Source of the DNA: Thioalkalivibrio sp.
Lineage (GTDB): Bacteria > Pseudomonadota > Gammaproteobacteria > Ectothiorhodospirales > Ectothiorhodospiraceae
Direction: 5' to 3'
DNA length: 32,391 nt
Assembly: GCA_007136145.1 (NCBI GenBank)
Contig: SLHN01000055.1
Location: 1-32,391, forward strand
Both the position numbers and the translations under genes were made by a program. This document shows, piece by piece, positions 32,042 to 32,391 of the stretch. The notes beneath the pieces are model-generated. The model was given only the letters and a program-made list of their open reading frames with translations. It did no database searches and was not told the origin of the DNA. How positions within the stretch are numbered: position 1 is the stretch's first letter; each line of letters begins with the position of its first letter.

Positions 32042-32391
32042 TCAGGGGCAGGGGTAGGTCTCCGCAAGGTAACGAAAAAGGGTTTCCACGGCTGGCTGCG
32101 ACATGTATTGCGAGCGCGCCTTCGCCCATTTCACGAACGCGTCCATTACCTCCGATCGGCTAGGTGCCGGATCGGGAGCGCAGGCGAAGCGCGAGGACTC
32201 CGGAACCCCGGCATGGTAGAAGTGCACGGAACCGGTCAGAAAGCCGTGGCAGAAGGCCAGTGATGTGTTGACGTCCGGGGCCCTGGGGTTGGCCTCGCAG
32301 ACTGCAACGAGATCCGCGGTGTCTCGCACCTGATATTTCACATCGGCCGTCAGGGCTGCGGGAATCAGCGCGATGATCGCGGCAGTGGTCA
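32042..32391 (-). CDS. Rap1a/Tai-family immunity-like periplasmic protein (5' end outside window)
   Basis: Tail of a signal peptide (TTAAIIALIPAALTA), DLVAVC, FCHGFLTG, FACAP and C-terminal LAETYPCP; the four-Cys pattern typical of the family. Confidence 0.72.
   Translation of the reverse strand, partial: TTAAIIALIPAALTADVKYQVRDTADLVAVCEANPRAPDVNTSLAFCHGFLTGSVHFYHAGVPESSRFACAPDPAPSRSEVMDAFVKWAKARSQYMSQPAVETLFRYLAETYPCP

Overview
Chromosomal replication-origin region of a high-GC gammaproteobacterium; the gene content suggests Chromatiales/Ectothiorhodospiraceae, but that is inference. Left arm (minus strand): the first genes of a V/A-type ATPase operon (G/H, C, I, partial K), rhlE, mnmE, yidC, yidD, rnpA and rpmH. 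A frameshifted BNR-repeat/MoaD-ThiS fusion remnant lies on the plus strand beside the ATPase operon. Centre: dnaA, oriC (DnaA boxes, AT-rich tract, DnaA-trio-like repeats), dnaN, a 670-bp spacer, recF with parS sites, and gyrB. Right arm: prlC, xth, a YqhA-like membrane protein, ubiD, an SDR, a 2Fe-2S/FAD reductase, ntrC-ntrB (no adjacent glnA, but tandem NtrC sites and a sigma54-like promoter), a DUF2782-like gene, a LOG-family gene, an ABC-ATPase fragment, an alpha/beta hydrolase, a glycine-zipper lipoprotein and a partial Rap1a/Tai-like protein. The least expected signal is a set of miniature repeats. A 99-bp (33-codon) repeat sits in frame inside the MnmE GTPase domain and matches an intergenic copy 22 kb away at 75/99 ungapped positions; a third partial copy abuts the dnaN stop codon. 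There is also an IS5-like MITE with a TTAG duplication, and a 66-codon ORF that overlaps both the ntrB stop and the predicted ntrC start.
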